From IMG/VR virus record IMGVR_UViG_3300032263_000001, positions 1 to 54,040 of that record: DNA of 54,040 nt. One strand, written 5' to 3'. The notes under the pieces are model-generated. The model was not told the origin of the DNA and did no database searches. It saw nothing but the letters and a program-made list of their open reading frames with translations. Positions 10,157 through 19,851 of the stretch are shown here, in pieces (positions within the stretch are counted from its first letter, which is position 1; every line of letters starts with the position of its first letter). The position numbers and the translations under genes are program-made. Origin of the DNA: a virus (Duplodnaviria > Caudoviricetes).

Positions 10157-10673
10157 TTGCCTCTCCCACTTCCTCAATTTCAACCCGTGCTGTTTCCGGT
10201 TCGGGAGATCTTGAAATCAAAAGCTCTTCGACTTTTTCAGCGTCAAACTTTTGTTGCAGTGTCTCGTATTTTTTAAAAAGTTTTTCCTCTTCCTGAGGAG
10301 TCAGGCCAAACCACTTCCTCCTGACTCCTATTTCTCCTGATTCATGGCCGTACCCTTTAGCTGCTTCCTCTTCCTCGGAAAACCCGATAATCACAAACTC
10401 TCCCGCTGTCGAGTTTATTTTCAAGGACTCTTGCATATCCCCCCAAAGTCGAAGGGTCACCTTATTTGGGTCCTTTCCTCTCAGTTGAAAGATTTCAGAG
10501 GATTTGTAAGCCTGGGAATAGCCTTGAAACCCGTTTCCCTCTCTATCAATTCCGCTCCTCGTCCTCTCTATTATCGTTTTGATTATCTCCCTCCCCAGCA
10601 TTCCCGAAAGAATTGGAGTTAGGTTCTTGGGTTTCTTGAAACGGAATTTCATCAGGTTTTGGTACTCGCCCAT
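10149..10673 (-). CDS. Virion morphogenesis / tail-completion-like protein (paralogue 1)
   Basis: Motifs 'IIERTRSG', 'LRLWGDMQESL', 'KGYGHESG', 'RRKWFGL'; AAGGAGG RBS inside the portal gene. Confidence 0.6.
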   Translation of the reverse strand: MGEYQNLMKFRFKKPKNLTPILSGMLGREIIKTIIERTRSGIDREGNGFQGYSQAYKSSEIFQLRGKDPNKVTLRLWGDMQESLKINSTAGEFVIIGFSEEEEAAKGYGHESGEIGVRRKWFGLTPQEEEKLFKKYETLQQKFDAEKVEELLISRSPEPETARVEIEEVGEANE

Positions 10674-12036
10674 TAGTTGATTCCTCCTTTTCCCTCTCTT
10701 TCATTATTTCAGAGTACAGGTTTTCTGCTACTTCCTTCGTTTCCAAATTGTGAAGGTCTTGGAGAGTCCTAACTTTTGAAGAAAACCCCTTATCGTAAAG
10801 CTCCAAAATCCTCTCTTGCCTCTCTTTGGGAATCTCAGGCATTTCATTGGAGGGGGTGAATGAAACGGTTACCTCTCCGAAAGAATAAGCTCGGCGGTGA
10901 ATCGGTGCCATATTTTCTACAAGATGAAAAAGCTCTTCCTCTCCTTCCGCTAGGATATCCCTTTGAGTTGCCACGTCGTCGGTTACGTCACTCTCATCAA
11001 TCATTTTGGCGATACCGCTTAATGATTGAGTTGACATTGCTCCCCCTTGAAAAGTCGGGCTTTTCAGGTTTTTCGTTTCAAGCCACAAAGCGTACTGGGT
11101 TGTCAGGTTCTTTAGAACCTCATCAACCGCTAGGGAAGGCTTCAATTCACCGATTTGTACCTTATCTATATCCGAGCCGGTAGAGTTGAAATTCCAGATA
11201 GCGTTAGGGCTCAATTCCATGTTTTTAGCTTCCAGGTTTACGGTGTACATAATCGAGAAAGCTTTATATTTCAAGGCAAAGTTGGAGTCGGTTAGAAGCA
11301 GGGGAAGCAGGGTCACCATTTCAAAGTCATCCTGATTTGACCTTGGCATGAGTTCCGTAGTGTCTCTCTTGAGGTAGACAAACGGGAGGACTCCGTAAGG
11401 GTTTTCTTGGATTTCCCCAATTTGGCCTTTTTTGATTTCAACAAAGAAGTCCATAGAATAGATGTATATTGTCGAGTTTTGAAGGAATACTCTAGCATTT
11501 ACCTCGTTATTCATCGACACCTGTTGCTCTGGGTTTTCCTCGAAAGGTGCCTCGACAAATTTGATGAAATGGGTAGGCTCGTCCGGGTTCAAAGGGTCAT
11601 CAGAGTAAACCAAAAAGGTGTGGGAGGGCAGGACCCGGACAAAGGGATCCTTGCTCAAGTCCTCTGGGAAAACGGGTTCGAGGGCACAACACTTACCAAG
11701 GTTCAGCATCTTGTTTGTGAGGTTTTGAGTTTTCCTAAGTTTGAAATCTTTGACCGCTGCCTCAATATCCTGTTGCCCGTCAGCGGAATAGGTTATTTCT
11801 ACTCCCGAATAAACTTTTGAGAGCTTATTGATTATTTTCGGCAAGAGGTTGATGGTTGATAGTCGGCTAACCGCTTCCTCTTTAGAAGCCTTTCCTTTGA
11901 AGTTTTGCCTAATCCTTGTTTTGAGGTAGGGAGTCAGGTTTTGATTGAAGATATCATAGAGCTTGTAAGCATAGTCTAGGTATTCAATCTTGGATTCCAC
12001 ATATCTCAAAATAGTTTGTATTTCGGTATTGTCCAT
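10546..12036 (-). CDS. Portal protein
   Basis: 496 aa, directly after TerL; 'NPYGVLPFV' and 'SLSGIAK' are SPP1-portal-like motifs. Confidence 0.85.
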   Translation of the reverse strand: MDNTEIQTILRYVESKIEYLDYAYKLYDIFNQNLTPYLKTRIRQNFKGKASKEEAVSRLSTINLLPKIINKLSKVYSGVEITYSADGQQDIEAAVKDFKLRKTQNLTNKMLNLGKCCALEPVFPEDLSKDPFVRVLPSHTFLVYSDDPLNPDEPTHFIKFVEAPFEENPEQQVSMNNEVNARVFLQNSTIYIYSMDFFVEIKKGQIGEIQENPYGVLPFVYLKRDTTELMPRSNQDDFEMVTLLPLLLTDSNFALKYKAFSIMYTVNLEAKNMELSPNAIWNFNSTGSDIDKVQIGELKPSLAVDEVLKNLTTQYALWLETKNLKSPTFQGGAMSTQSLSGIAKMIDESDVTDDVATQRDILAEGEEELFHLVENMAPIHRRAYSFGEVTVSFTPSNEMPEIPKERQERILELYDKGFSSKVRTLQDLHNLETKEVAENLYSEIMKEREKEESTNGRVPKPDEIPFQETQEPNSNSFGNAGEGDNQNDNREDEERN

Positions 12037-12046
12037 TGATTCCTCC

Positions 12047-13243
12047 TTATAGGTAACGAGGTTGTTCTTTCATATGGTTTATGAACCTCTTGATAGGTTC
12101 ATAGTACCAGAGAACATAACCCAAAGCATCTGAGATATGGCCTAGGTCAGTATCTGCCCCGTCGTCGCAAAACCTTTCAAGGTCTCTAGTGAGTTTCTTG
12201 CACCTGGAGTGAATCCTTATTTTCCCTTGCTCCAGGAGCCTATTTACGTTGTTGAAACGGTCTTTCCTATGAGGGTTGGAAACTCTTGCCACGTTGAAAT
12301 ATTCTTTCAAGATTTGGTGGTCACTCATAACAGCACTCGTTTTCATGGCTCTCCCGGTAGCATCGGGAATGATTAAAAGGTCTCTCCCGTAGTTTTTCAT
12401 TATGTGCTCCCGCATTTTGTAAGTGTTGCTTCTCTTCAAAAAAACTTCATCCCAGACCCAAAAGACTCCATTCCCATCTAAGTAACCGACAACCGCAGTC
12501 ATCGGGTTAACATTAAAGTCCATACCTACCCATGTAAGCCTTTCAGCGTTGAACCCTTTTTCTACAACATGTTTTTCTTTATTGAACATAAAATAGGTTT
12601 TTGTTGAGCCGATACTTAAGAACTCTCCTTCAATCTCTTGAGCCCTTGTTTCCGAATCATAGCTTGATTCCAGCATTTTCAGATAGGCTTTTGGGAGGTG
12701 TTTGTTTGCATAGGAACTTGTTCGATGAAGTACCCGAGAGCCTTCATTCTCCTCAATCATATATCGAAAAAACCAATTCAACCCGTTTGGAGTTGTCGCT
12801 CCCCGCATTCGGAGGCTACCGTTTTTATCCCTTAGTCGGCCTAAGAAAGTTTTGAAGTTCCTTTCATCCCAATAGGCCAGCTCTTCGCAATAGAGAGAAG
12901 CAATTTCCACCGACCTCATCTTGTCGGCTCCCTCTTGGCTCCTCATCAAAAGCTCAGTACTCCCATCGACAATAAATTTCTTGTGCTGCTTTTTGAAGTC
13001 AAAAGGGATTCTCATTTCCTCAAAAAAAGCCTCGAATCCGGGGATGGAAGTATCTTCAAGCTGACGATAGGAGAGAGCTGCAAAGCAGTGCTTCCCTAGA
13101 GGATAAGGTATTACTTCATTTAAAATTTGGGAGAGCTGGAGAATAAAACTCTTCCCTCCTCCAAGACCAGAGCATAAAACGGCTTGCAATGCCTTTTCTT
13201 GAAAAAACGTCATTTGGTCAAGGTTCAGAATGTAATCGCTCAT
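12047..13243 (-). CDS. terL: Terminase large subunit
   Basis: Walker A 'SGLGGGKS', Walker B-like 'LYCEE', 'ATTPNG', nuclease motifs 'GMDFNVNPMT' and 'HISDALGY'. Confidence 0.92.
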   Translation of the reverse strand: MSDYILNLDQMTFFQEKALQAVLCSGLGGGKSFILQLSQILNEVIPYPLGKHCFAALSYRQLEDTSIPGFEAFFEEMRIPFDFKKQHKKFIVDGSTELLMRSQEGADKMRSVEIASLYCEELAYWDERNFKTFLGRLRDKNGSLRMRGATTPNGLNWFFRYMIEENEGSRVLHRTSSYANKHLPKAYLKMLESSYDSETRAQEIEGEFLSIGSTKTYFMFNKEKHVVEKGFNAERLTWVGMDFNVNPMTAVVGYLDGNGVFWVWDEVFLKRSNTYKMREHIMKNYGRDLLIIPDATGRAMKTSAVMSDHQILKEYFNVARVSNPHRKDRFNNVNRLLEQGKIRIHSRCKKLTRDLERFCDDGADTDLGHISDALGYVLWYYEPIKRFINHMKEQPRYL

Positions 13244-13776
13244 TTTTTACCACTCTTTTCTGAGGTAACGTTTATCACGATAGATTGTTTGGTTTTCTCT
13301 TCTTCAGGGTTTTCCTTTTGCCCTAGGATTTGTTTCCCAAGCCAAATAAGCATGGATACGTTTCCCTTGGTAGCTGCTTCCCACTGAGACCTCCTTAGAG
13401 AAACTTTTCCTTGCCCCTTACCAATGTTGAAACATTCTTTATACTCTGGGATTCCATGCAAGATAGCTTCGGGAACATCGAAGAAACTTGCTATTTCAGC
13501 ATGGGTACATCCTAGGCTTGCCAGTTTTTTCACCTTGTCTAGGTCAACTCTTGACTCCCATGTTCCCGGTTTTGGGTCGAACCTATAAGGTAAAATCTCT
13601 GGATGCTCTGGAGGGGGTTCATAACCGTGTTCTTTTTTGAACTCCTTGGCTTTTCGTTTCCTATCGTTTTCCTTTTTCTTAGCATCCCGTATCTTCTTTT
13701 GTCTCTCTAAAACAGCTTCATCTTGTTCTTGTTTGGCAACTTCAAATTTTTCAGCTAAGGTTTTTTTCCGTTTCAT
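13240..13776 (-). CDS. terS: Terminase small subunit
   Basis: HTH 'GCTHAEIASFF' and 'MLIWLGKQILGQ'; overlaps the terL start. Confidence 0.75.
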   Translation of the reverse strand: MKRKKTLAEKFEVAKQEQDEAVLERQKKIRDAKKKENDRKRKAKEFKKEHGYEPPPEHPEILPYRFDPKPGTWESRVDLDKVKKLASLGCTHAEIASFFDVPEAILHGIPEYKECFNIGKGQGKVSLRRSQWEAATKGNVSMLIWLGKQILGQKENPEEEKTKQSIVINVTSEKSGKK

Positions 13777-15107
13777 AAATACCTCACAAATTCATATTCC
13801 TCTCTATTAAAGGTATCATCAATTAGTATTTCAATCAGCCCACCTTTTTCCATGTTTTTTTCCATGATGTTTTTATCGACTTCGGTAGCATTCATTTGAT
13901 AGACAAAGCAGTCTTTATCTTGGTTGAGTCTCAAAATCCTACCAATAGCTTGGTTGTTTGTTGCCGGGTTCCAAGCCAAATCATTGAAAACGAGTCTATT
14001 GGCTTTTGTAAGAGTAAGGCCGACTCCTAAAGCTTTGATAGTTCCTACAAGGTACTTTCCTCCCCCTCCCGATTGGAATCTTTCAGCGATTTCAAACCTC
14101 GAAGTCGCCTCCATTTCCCCGGTGATGCAAGGGGCATTCAAAGCTTCAGCGATGTTTCTCGCTGCAAGAACATGGTCGGTGAGAATCAATACAAAGTCGT
14201 CTGGAGCCTCCTCGATAAGGTTCTTGGAAAACTCTACCGTTCCTTTTACTTTCAAATTTGCATAGAAAGCCTTCATCGTCATATAACTCGGGTTCAAATC
14301 ATCCTCTAGGTCGGCATACTTGGAATAGTTAGACCAAGCATCCTTGAACTCCTTTTCTTTTTTAGCGGGAACTTTACAAGCTAGGTCAACCTCTCGAGTT
14401 TTCAAAACCGGGAGCCTCCCTATATCTTTCAGAGTATGACGCATAGAGGCTTTTTTGAGTTCCCGTTTCAACTCCTTCTCATTTTTCAAGCCTTCGAATT
14501 TGATAACTTGTCTCCCAGCTATTCTATCAATCCTCTTGAAAGTAAAGTGTTCGCAAAACTTCCAATAGCTTTCATACTTATCAAGAAAGTTATCCTTATT
14601 TATCAAGGCTAATAGAGAAAAAAGGTCAGGAACTTTATTCATCAAAGGCGTACCAGTCATACCTACCAAATATTTAAGTTTTGGGGCCTTATCGGTATAG
14701 TAATGGGCGGCTTGAGTTATCCCCGCTTTTGGGTTCACTATCTTGTGAGCCTCATCGAAAACGACACAAGAAACCTCCTTGAAAAACTCCGGGCACTTTT
14801 TCATCCTTTCGTAACTCATGATAGCAACGCTTTTGGAGCCCCTTCTAAAGGAGTCCGCCGAGGTGTTTTTGTCTACAATAAGAGTCCCTAATCTAGGAAA
14901 AAACTTCCTTGCTTCGGATTCAAGGTTTTTGGTTAAGAAGGCAGGACAGATGAAAAGGGATTTCTCCCCCTTTAAAGATAGTTCATAGGCAAGCTTCAAG
15001 ATAGGTAGGGTCTTCCCGGTTCCCATTTCAGATAAAATGAGACACCTTTTATTTTCTTTAATGAAGGTTAGGGTCTCCTCTTGGTGAGGGAGTAGCGAGA
15101 AATCCAT
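13773..15107 (-). CDS. SNF2-family helicase
   Basis: Motifs 'EMGTGKT', 'FDEAH', 'MTGTP', 'GVGLTLT', 'QAIGRILR'. Confidence 0.92.
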   Translation of the reverse strand: MDFSLLPHQEETLTFIKENKRCLILSEMGTGKTLPILKLAYELSLKGEKSLFICPAFLTKNLESEARKFFPRLGTLIVDKNTSADSFRRGSKSVAIMSYERMKKCPEFFKEVSCVVFDEAHKIVNPKAGITQAAHYYTDKAPKLKYLVGMTGTPLMNKVPDLFSLLALINKDNFLDKYESYWKFCEHFTFKRIDRIAGRQVIKFEGLKNEKELKRELKKASMRHTLKDIGRLPVLKTREVDLACKVPAKKEKEFKDAWSNYSKYADLEDDLNPSYMTMKAFYANLKVKGTVEFSKNLIEEAPDDFVLILTDHVLAARNIAEALNAPCITGEMEATSRFEIAERFQSGGGGKYLVGTIKALGVGLTLTKANRLVFNDLAWNPATNNQAIGRILRLNQDKDCFVYQMNATEVDKNIMEKNMEKGGLIEILIDDTFNREEYEFVRYL

Positions 15108-15613
15108 TACGTTCTCTTTTTCTTGAAAGGGTTTTCTGAGGTGGAAGAGGTTTTGGGTTTTTTAGGAGTCTTCGGTTTTTTTGCCTCCGTAGGGGGAATC
15201 GATTCCTTTGTCTCAGGGAAAGTTTGCTTCACTCTCTCAGCTTTCTCTTTCTTCTTTTTGAGATGCTTCCTAATCCTTGCCTCCGTTTCCCTTTTGTATT
15301 CTTCATAGTCTCCGTTAAGCTTCGCTTTAAGGATGAAGCTTTGAGTGTAAACACACTTCCTATGAAGAGGAACTTTAACCATATTTTCTGGTTTACTGGG
15401 GTTCCTTTTTAGAAAATCTTTATACTCCTTTGGCTCAAACTTCCCGATTCCTTGAAGTTCGACCGACTCTCCGGCAAGGAGGCATTTTTCAATTACAGTA
15501 AGGAAGTCGGTTATCAACTCCCCGCAACCTTTGGGGTCAATTCCTGTCACTCCTGAAAGGAGTTTGGCCAAATCTCTCTTAGTTCTTTTAACTTTCAGGT
15601 CCTTAGTTTTCAT
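15107..15613 (-). CDS. HU/IHF-like DNA-binding protein with a basic C-terminal tail
   Basis: 'GESVELQGIGKF...RNP...VKVP' HU signature. Confidence 0.8.
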   Translation of the reverse strand: MKTKDLKVKRTKRDLAKLLSGVTGIDPKGCGELITDFLTVIEKCLLAGESVELQGIGKFEPKEYKDFLKRNPSKPENMVKVPLHRKCVYTQSFILKAKLNGDYEEYKRETEARIRKHLKKKKEKAERVKQTFPETKESIPPTEAKKPKTPKKPKTSSTSENPFKKKRT

Positions 15614-15626
15614 CATATTCCTCCAC

Positions 15627-15659
15627 AAAAAAAAGGACTAACCCGTGAGGCTAGCCCTT
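15627..15659 (-). terminator. Intrinsic terminator
   Basis: AGGGCTAGCC-tcac-GGGTTAGTCC followed by a T8 run on the minus strand. Confidence 0.65.
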
Positions 15660-15689
15660 ATCATCGAAATTAGGTTTTCCGCTGGTTTT

Positions 15690-16427
15690 TTAGCTTCCCT
15701 CTTTCGCCTTATTATACTCTTCGGTAATCAAGATTTCAACTTTTTCATTTAGAGTACCATCTATGAAGAATACAGTTTCCTCATCTAGCATCCTATTCTT
15801 AGCTGCTTGTGCTGCCTTTGAAATATATGGCTTTTTTAGTTCACTTTTACTGCCGCAAAGCTTTTCAAATATTTTAGCACACTCTTTCTTCATTCGAGGG
15901 TCACCAGCAACATACCTTTCCCCCTCAATCGGTTTCTCTTTTGAACCTATTTCGGGTTCCTTCTCTTCCTTTTTCTTTCTTGGCTTCCTTTCTTTTTTTG
16001 GCTTTTCTTCTTTAGTGGGTATTGGTTTTGATGGTTCGGGGTCAGTAATCACCTCTTCCTCTTCCTCGCTATCCGCAGGTCGGTTTTCACTTCCAACCTC
16101 TTCAGCTCCAGTTGGGCTTCCCTGTGTGGGTTTATCTTTTCGGGGTGCTTCCAAGTCCTCCAAATCCAATAAGCTGCTATCTTTTTTCTCAAACAATGCG
16201 ATATATTCCCTATAAACGCTCTCTACAGCTTTATCAATGAACTCCTCCATCGCTTCGGGGGTTACGGGACTCCTATTTTCCTTGTCTGTTTTTGGTAGAG
16301 GGAAGCAACAAACTTTTTCGATAGAATAGTTCGAAGTTTTTTCTTTCCCTTCAATTTTTACTGGGATGAAAATAAGCCCAAATTGCCAATCTTTATCTAT
16401 GTTTCCAACTGTAATATTTTTAATCAT
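15690..16427 (-). CDS. Hypothetical protein (charged, low-complexity centre)
   Basis: 245-aa ORF with an AGGAG RBS. Confidence 0.7.
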   Translation of the reverse strand: MIKNITVGNIDKDWQFGLIFIPVKIEGKEKTSNYSIEKVCCFPLPKTDKENRSPVTPEAMEEFIDKAVESVYREYIALFEKKDSSLLDLEDLEAPRKDKPTQGSPTGAEEVGSENRPADSEEEEEVITDPEPSKPIPTKEEKPKKERKPRKKKEEKEPEIGSKEKPIEGERYVAGDPRMKKECAKIFEKLCGSKSELKKPYISKAAQAAKNRMLDEETVFFIDGTLNEKVEILITEEYNKAKEGS

Positions 16428-16438
16428 TTTTCTTACTC

Positions 16439-17449
16439 CTAAAACAAATCTTCAAGGTTAAAATCATCCTCATCGGTTTTTGGTGCCGAAACTACTTCAT
16501 GCTCGGGAAGAGGAGTCAGTACCGGCTTAACCGTGTCGAGGGTTACTATTTCCAGCTCTTTTTCAGACTCAGTATAAGTTTTCCCATAGCAACGGCTCCA
16601 ATATGGGCAGGGTCTCATATAAGAGTAGCAGGAGGCTCCCCCGAAAACTCTAGGAGGCTCAAGAGTCTTGTCGTTTCGGTAGATGTTCAAAGTTTCGATA
16701 CTTCGAATATGTTCCGACTTAATCTTTTTTGGATCAAGGCCTTCTTTTGGTATCACCGCTTCGACTATTTTCGGTTTTGTCCTCTTAGCGTAAGCCTCTC
16801 TAGTCTCTCCCGCTTTGACCACAGCCGTTGTTTTAAAAACCACTGTGTAGCGGACTCCCATGAATCGCTCATGAGCAAGCCCTAGCTCTTTTTCGATGAG
16901 TTCCAAAACTTCGGGATGAGCATAAACGTTGCACTGCCTATCTCTTGATAGTCGAACGTACTCCTTTTCTGAAATCCTGCCGGAAGTTTTGAGGTCTCGA
17001 ATCCACCAGAAACCGTTTTCGTCGACACAAATTTGGTCGATATATCCAAGAAGCCAAGGAAGATCAATTTTGAACTCACAGCAAACCGTTTTGAGTTTTT
17101 GTTTCTTAGAAAAAGCATAAAGGCTTTGGATTGCTGCAAACATAGCGAAAACCAGTTGATTGTCCTTCATCTCTTGAAGAGCAATCTTCCCGCTCTCCAT
17201 TTTTCTCATGAATCCTTGCTCTAGCAAGTGAGCTTCAAATATCTTTTCAGTGTAATTTTTCCCATTCCAATCAGTATCTTCCATGACGCCGTGAACAACT
17301 TTCCCCCACCGAAAAGCAGTAGTGTCGTCCGAAGCATCCTCATCGATAGGAAGCCTATAAATTTTTTCCGCAGCATAGCGAAAAGGGCAAGTGAGATACG
17401 TACTCTCCGCTGAATAACTCAGTTGAAAAACTTCGTTTCCTAAACTCAT
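16439..17449 (-). CDS. PD-(D/E)XK exonuclease, RecB/Cas4-like, probable Fe-S cluster
   Basis: Motifs 'LSYS...TCP', 'GKVVH', 'GYIDQI...RDLKTS' and C-terminal 'C-x6-CPYWSRC'. Confidence 0.8.
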   Translation of the reverse strand: MSLGNEVFQLSYSAESTYLTCPFRYAAEKIYRLPIDEDASDDTTAFRWGKVVHGVMEDTDWNGKNYTEKIFEAHLLEQGFMRKMESGKIALQEMKDNQLVFAMFAAIQSLYAFSKKQKLKTVCCEFKIDLPWLLGYIDQICVDENGFWWIRDLKTSGRISEKEYVRLSRDRQCNVYAHPEVLELIEKELGLAHERFMGVRYTVVFKTTAVVKAGETREAYAKRTKPKIVEAVIPKEGLDPKKIKSEHIRSIETLNIYRNDKTLEPPRVFGGASCYSYMRPCPYWSRCYGKTYTESEKELEIVTLDTVKPVLTPLPEHEVVSAPKTDEDDFNLEDLF

Positions 17450-17460
17450 ATCCGACCTCC

Positions 17461-17874
17461 TTACATATCTACATCATCATAATCGTCATCATCATAATCG
17501 TCGTCGTCGTCATGGTCTCCATAAGAAGTGTCTTGTGATGGAGGTGTCACCTTGCTCATACCTGGTTTTCGATCTTTTTCTTCATCTCGATAAACCTCAA
17601 ACTGGTGGGCACTGAAACCGTTTTTGAGTGTTTCTTTTCCCTGATAAACAATCTGGATGTAGGCTCCTTTTTCAATACCATCGAGAATATATTTTAGTTG
17701 GCCTGAGAGTGGAACTCCTTGAAGTTTTCCATTTCGGTTCTCAATAACGAGAGTATAGTTATCATACCTCGCTGAGTGCTTTTTCTCTTTAATCCACCCC
17801 TCAATATGTTGCCCTTTTTGGAACTCAGCCCATTTTAGATATTTGATGTTACTGTTAATTTTTTGTAGTGCCAT
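17461..17874 (-). CDS. Probable single-stranded DNA-binding protein
   Basis: Beta-rich core plus a very acidic tail (DDDDDYDDDDYDDVDM); next to the exonuclease gene. Confidence 0.65.
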   Translation of the reverse strand: MALQKINSNIKYLKWAEFQKGQHIEGWIKEKKHSARYDNYTLVIENRNGKLQGVPLSGQLKYILDGIEKGAYIQIVYQGKETLKNGFSAHQFEVYRDEEKDRKPGMSKVTPPSQDTSYGDHDDDDDYDDDDYDDVDM

Positions 17875-18027
17875 GATATAGCTCCTAAAATTAAAAAAGG
17901 TTGTAAATTTGTAGAGCAATAGCAAGAAAGGATACGATATGCGATGTTTTGAACGCTTTTTGTCCTAGTGTCTTTTTCCTTAAAAATTTAAGGGCTTGAC
18001 TGATTGACTGATTGTTCTACATCCATA

Positions 18028-18056
18028 AAAATACATTTGGATGAGACTCTTGTCAA
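18028..18056 (-). promoter_or_regulatory. Sigma70-type promoter
   Basis: TTGACA-17-TATTTT. Confidence 0.6.
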
Positions 18057-18101
18057 CCACCACTGCGTAATTTTTTGAGAATTTAGGCAAAAAAAAAGAA
18101 C

Positions 18102-18452
18102 CTACCAGACTCCCTCATTGTTTTTTCTAACAAATTCGTAGGCTTCTAAAGCCCTCGTTTGAGGCCAAGAACGGCAATAAAACATATCGGCTCCATACTC
18201 CTTTACGATCTCATCAAAAGGAGCTTCAGAAAGAAGCCAAATTTCTAGTGTAAGTGAAAACCAAGAATAAATTTTTTTACCCTTGGTTTTCGAAAGTCTG
18301 GCAGCAAGAAAAAGTTCATAGGCTCTGTCTTCATCTTGAAAAGAGCCTAGGAAAGCTAATTTTTTTGAATTGAGACCGCCTATCAAGTCGATTTGTTGGT
18401 GGGAAGAAAACCAAACGGCTTGAGTTCTTTTATCGAAAAAAACATACCACAT
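18102..18452 (-). CDS. Hypothetical protein
   Basis: GGAGGTG RBS before ATG 18452. Confidence 0.65.
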   Translation of the reverse strand: MWYVFFDKRTQAVWFSSHQQIDLIGGLNSKKLAFLGSFQDEDRAYELFLAARLSKTKGKKIYSWFSLTLEIWLLSEAPFDEIVKEYGADMFYCRSWPQTRALEAYEFVRKNNEGVW

Positions 18453-18490
18453 ATCAGTCACCTCCAAACAAAAAAAAAGAGTTAGAGAAG

Positions 18491-18850
18491 TTACTTTTTA
18501 GCTTCTCTAACTGCACTTCTTAGCCCTTTTGATGCTCGATACTTAGCGTTACGGCCTTCCTTTTTTACTTCAGCTAGTTCATTTTTCACGAAATGGTGCA
18601 AGATTGTTCTCAAATGGCCCTCAGCCACATCTTCAAGATGTGGCTTTAGGTCGGATACTGAAAGGTACTTTCGACTTTCAGTAAGCTGCCTAGCCACTTG
18701 TCCCCATTTCGTTTCAAGCCCCCTAGCGAAAGTCGGTTTGATTTCCGAGGTAGAGGAAGTCACTTTTTCCTCTATCTCTTTTGATTGAACCACCTCAGCC
18801 TTGGGGGTGCTAGGGGCTTTCTTAATTACTCGTTTTGATGTCACTCTCAT
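18491..18850 (-). CDS. Winged-helix-like DNA-binding protein
   Basis: 'LSVSDL...LRTILHHFVKNEL...KEGRNAKY' pattern; GGAGG RBS. Confidence 0.55.
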   Translation of the reverse strand: MRVTSKRVIKKAPSTPKAEVVQSKEIEEKVTSSTSEIKPTFARGLETKWGQVARQLTESRKYLSVSDLKPHLEDVAEGHLRTILHHFVKNELAEVKKEGRNAKYRASKGLRSAVREAKK

Positions 18851-18998
18851 TTTCGTATCCTCCACAGCGAGAGGGTGAATTCCCTCTATATTACTTTTCG
18901 TCAGGATACTGGAAAACTCAAGCATAACTTTGCGGTATCTCACAGTAAAGTTAACAACTGTTTGAATTCAAAAGATTAAATTTTCAATATAAGGGAGA

Positions 18999-19337
18999 TT
19001 AATGGAGGTTTTTAGTAATTTCAAGGTAATCGATTAGGGCATTCATAACCTTCGAGTTTTTTCCGAACCTTGCGAAAAAATCCGCAAAAAACTCGGCATG
19101 TTTCGAAGGCACTTTTACAGAAGTCCAGGTGCTTTTTTCTTTTTGAGGAGCTTCTTTTATCCCTTCAATCATTTCGAAAGATTCTTTTTCTGATAGTCTC
19201 CCGAGATTGATGCACGGGATTTTTAGGGAAGAGGCTAGAAGAACCAACTTCCCTCCCTCTTCCCGTATGATTGTTTCTCGAAATTCGGGAACCTCCTCAG
19301 GAATAGAGAGCTTTCTAAGGGGTACTTTTTTTCTCAT
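18999..19337 (-). CDS. Hypothetical protein (possible C-terminal ribbon-helix-helix)
   Basis: Last gene of the coupled operon; 'TSVKVPSK...SKVMNALIDY'. Confidence 0.55.
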   Translation of the reverse strand: MRKKVPLRKLSIPEEVPEFRETIIREEGGKLVLLASSLKIPCINLGRLSEKESFEMIEGIKEAPQKEKSTWTSVKVPSKHAEFFADFFARFGKNSKVMNALIDYLEITKNLH

Positions 19338-19851
19338 CTCTCCCTCTTGTTTTCCTGCGGTTGTTTTCTATCCCCATAGCTAGTATTTGAGTTGGAGTGA
19401 TTTCCTCTCCCATGAGATAGTAATACTCCCGGCAAAAGAAATAGAAAATGGCCGATACTGTGCTTGCCACCTCCTCGGATATCTTTAAAAAGGAGGTTTC
19501 ACACTTCTCAAGCATTCCCTTCCTTACATTCTGCAAGAGCAGACCCACGTGGAATTGGTTCCATTCGTCGTCTTTTGGGAAGGCTTCCTGCAGAATCTCA
19601 TCCGATAGGAATTTGCTTGAAAAAGAAGAGAGACCCATCTCTTCGGAGGCTCCGACGACTAGACTTAGGTAAAAACAAATATCTCCCAACTCGGAGAGCT
19701 TTTCATCTAGCTTGACTTCGGTAGTCATGCCGTACTCCGCTGCTTCGGAATAAACTCCCAGGACTCCACAAAGAAGTCTCTCTCTAACCGGGTTTTCTTC
19801 AAATCTATGCTTTACGTTTTCGAGGTAATAGTCTCTTATCTTCTCTAGCAT
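19315..19851 (-). CDS. MazG-like all-alpha NTP pyrophosphohydrolase
   Basis: 'GVYSEAAEY...SELGDICFYL' gives the ExxE...ExxD pattern. Confidence 0.6.
   Translation of the reverse strand: MLEKIRDYYLENVKHRFEENPVRERLLCGVLGVYSEAAEYGMTTEVKLDEKLSELGDICFYLSLVVGASEEMGLSSFSSKFLSDEILQEAFPKDDEWNQFHVGLLLQNVRKGMLEKCETSFLKISEEVASTVSAIFYFFCREYYYLMGEEITPTQILAMGIENNRRKTRGRDEKKSTP

Noticed and set aside
16439-17449. Cas4-like nuclease as part of a CRISPR system
   Set aside because: No repeat-spacer array or other cas genes seen; its SSB neighbour fits a recombination exonuclease.
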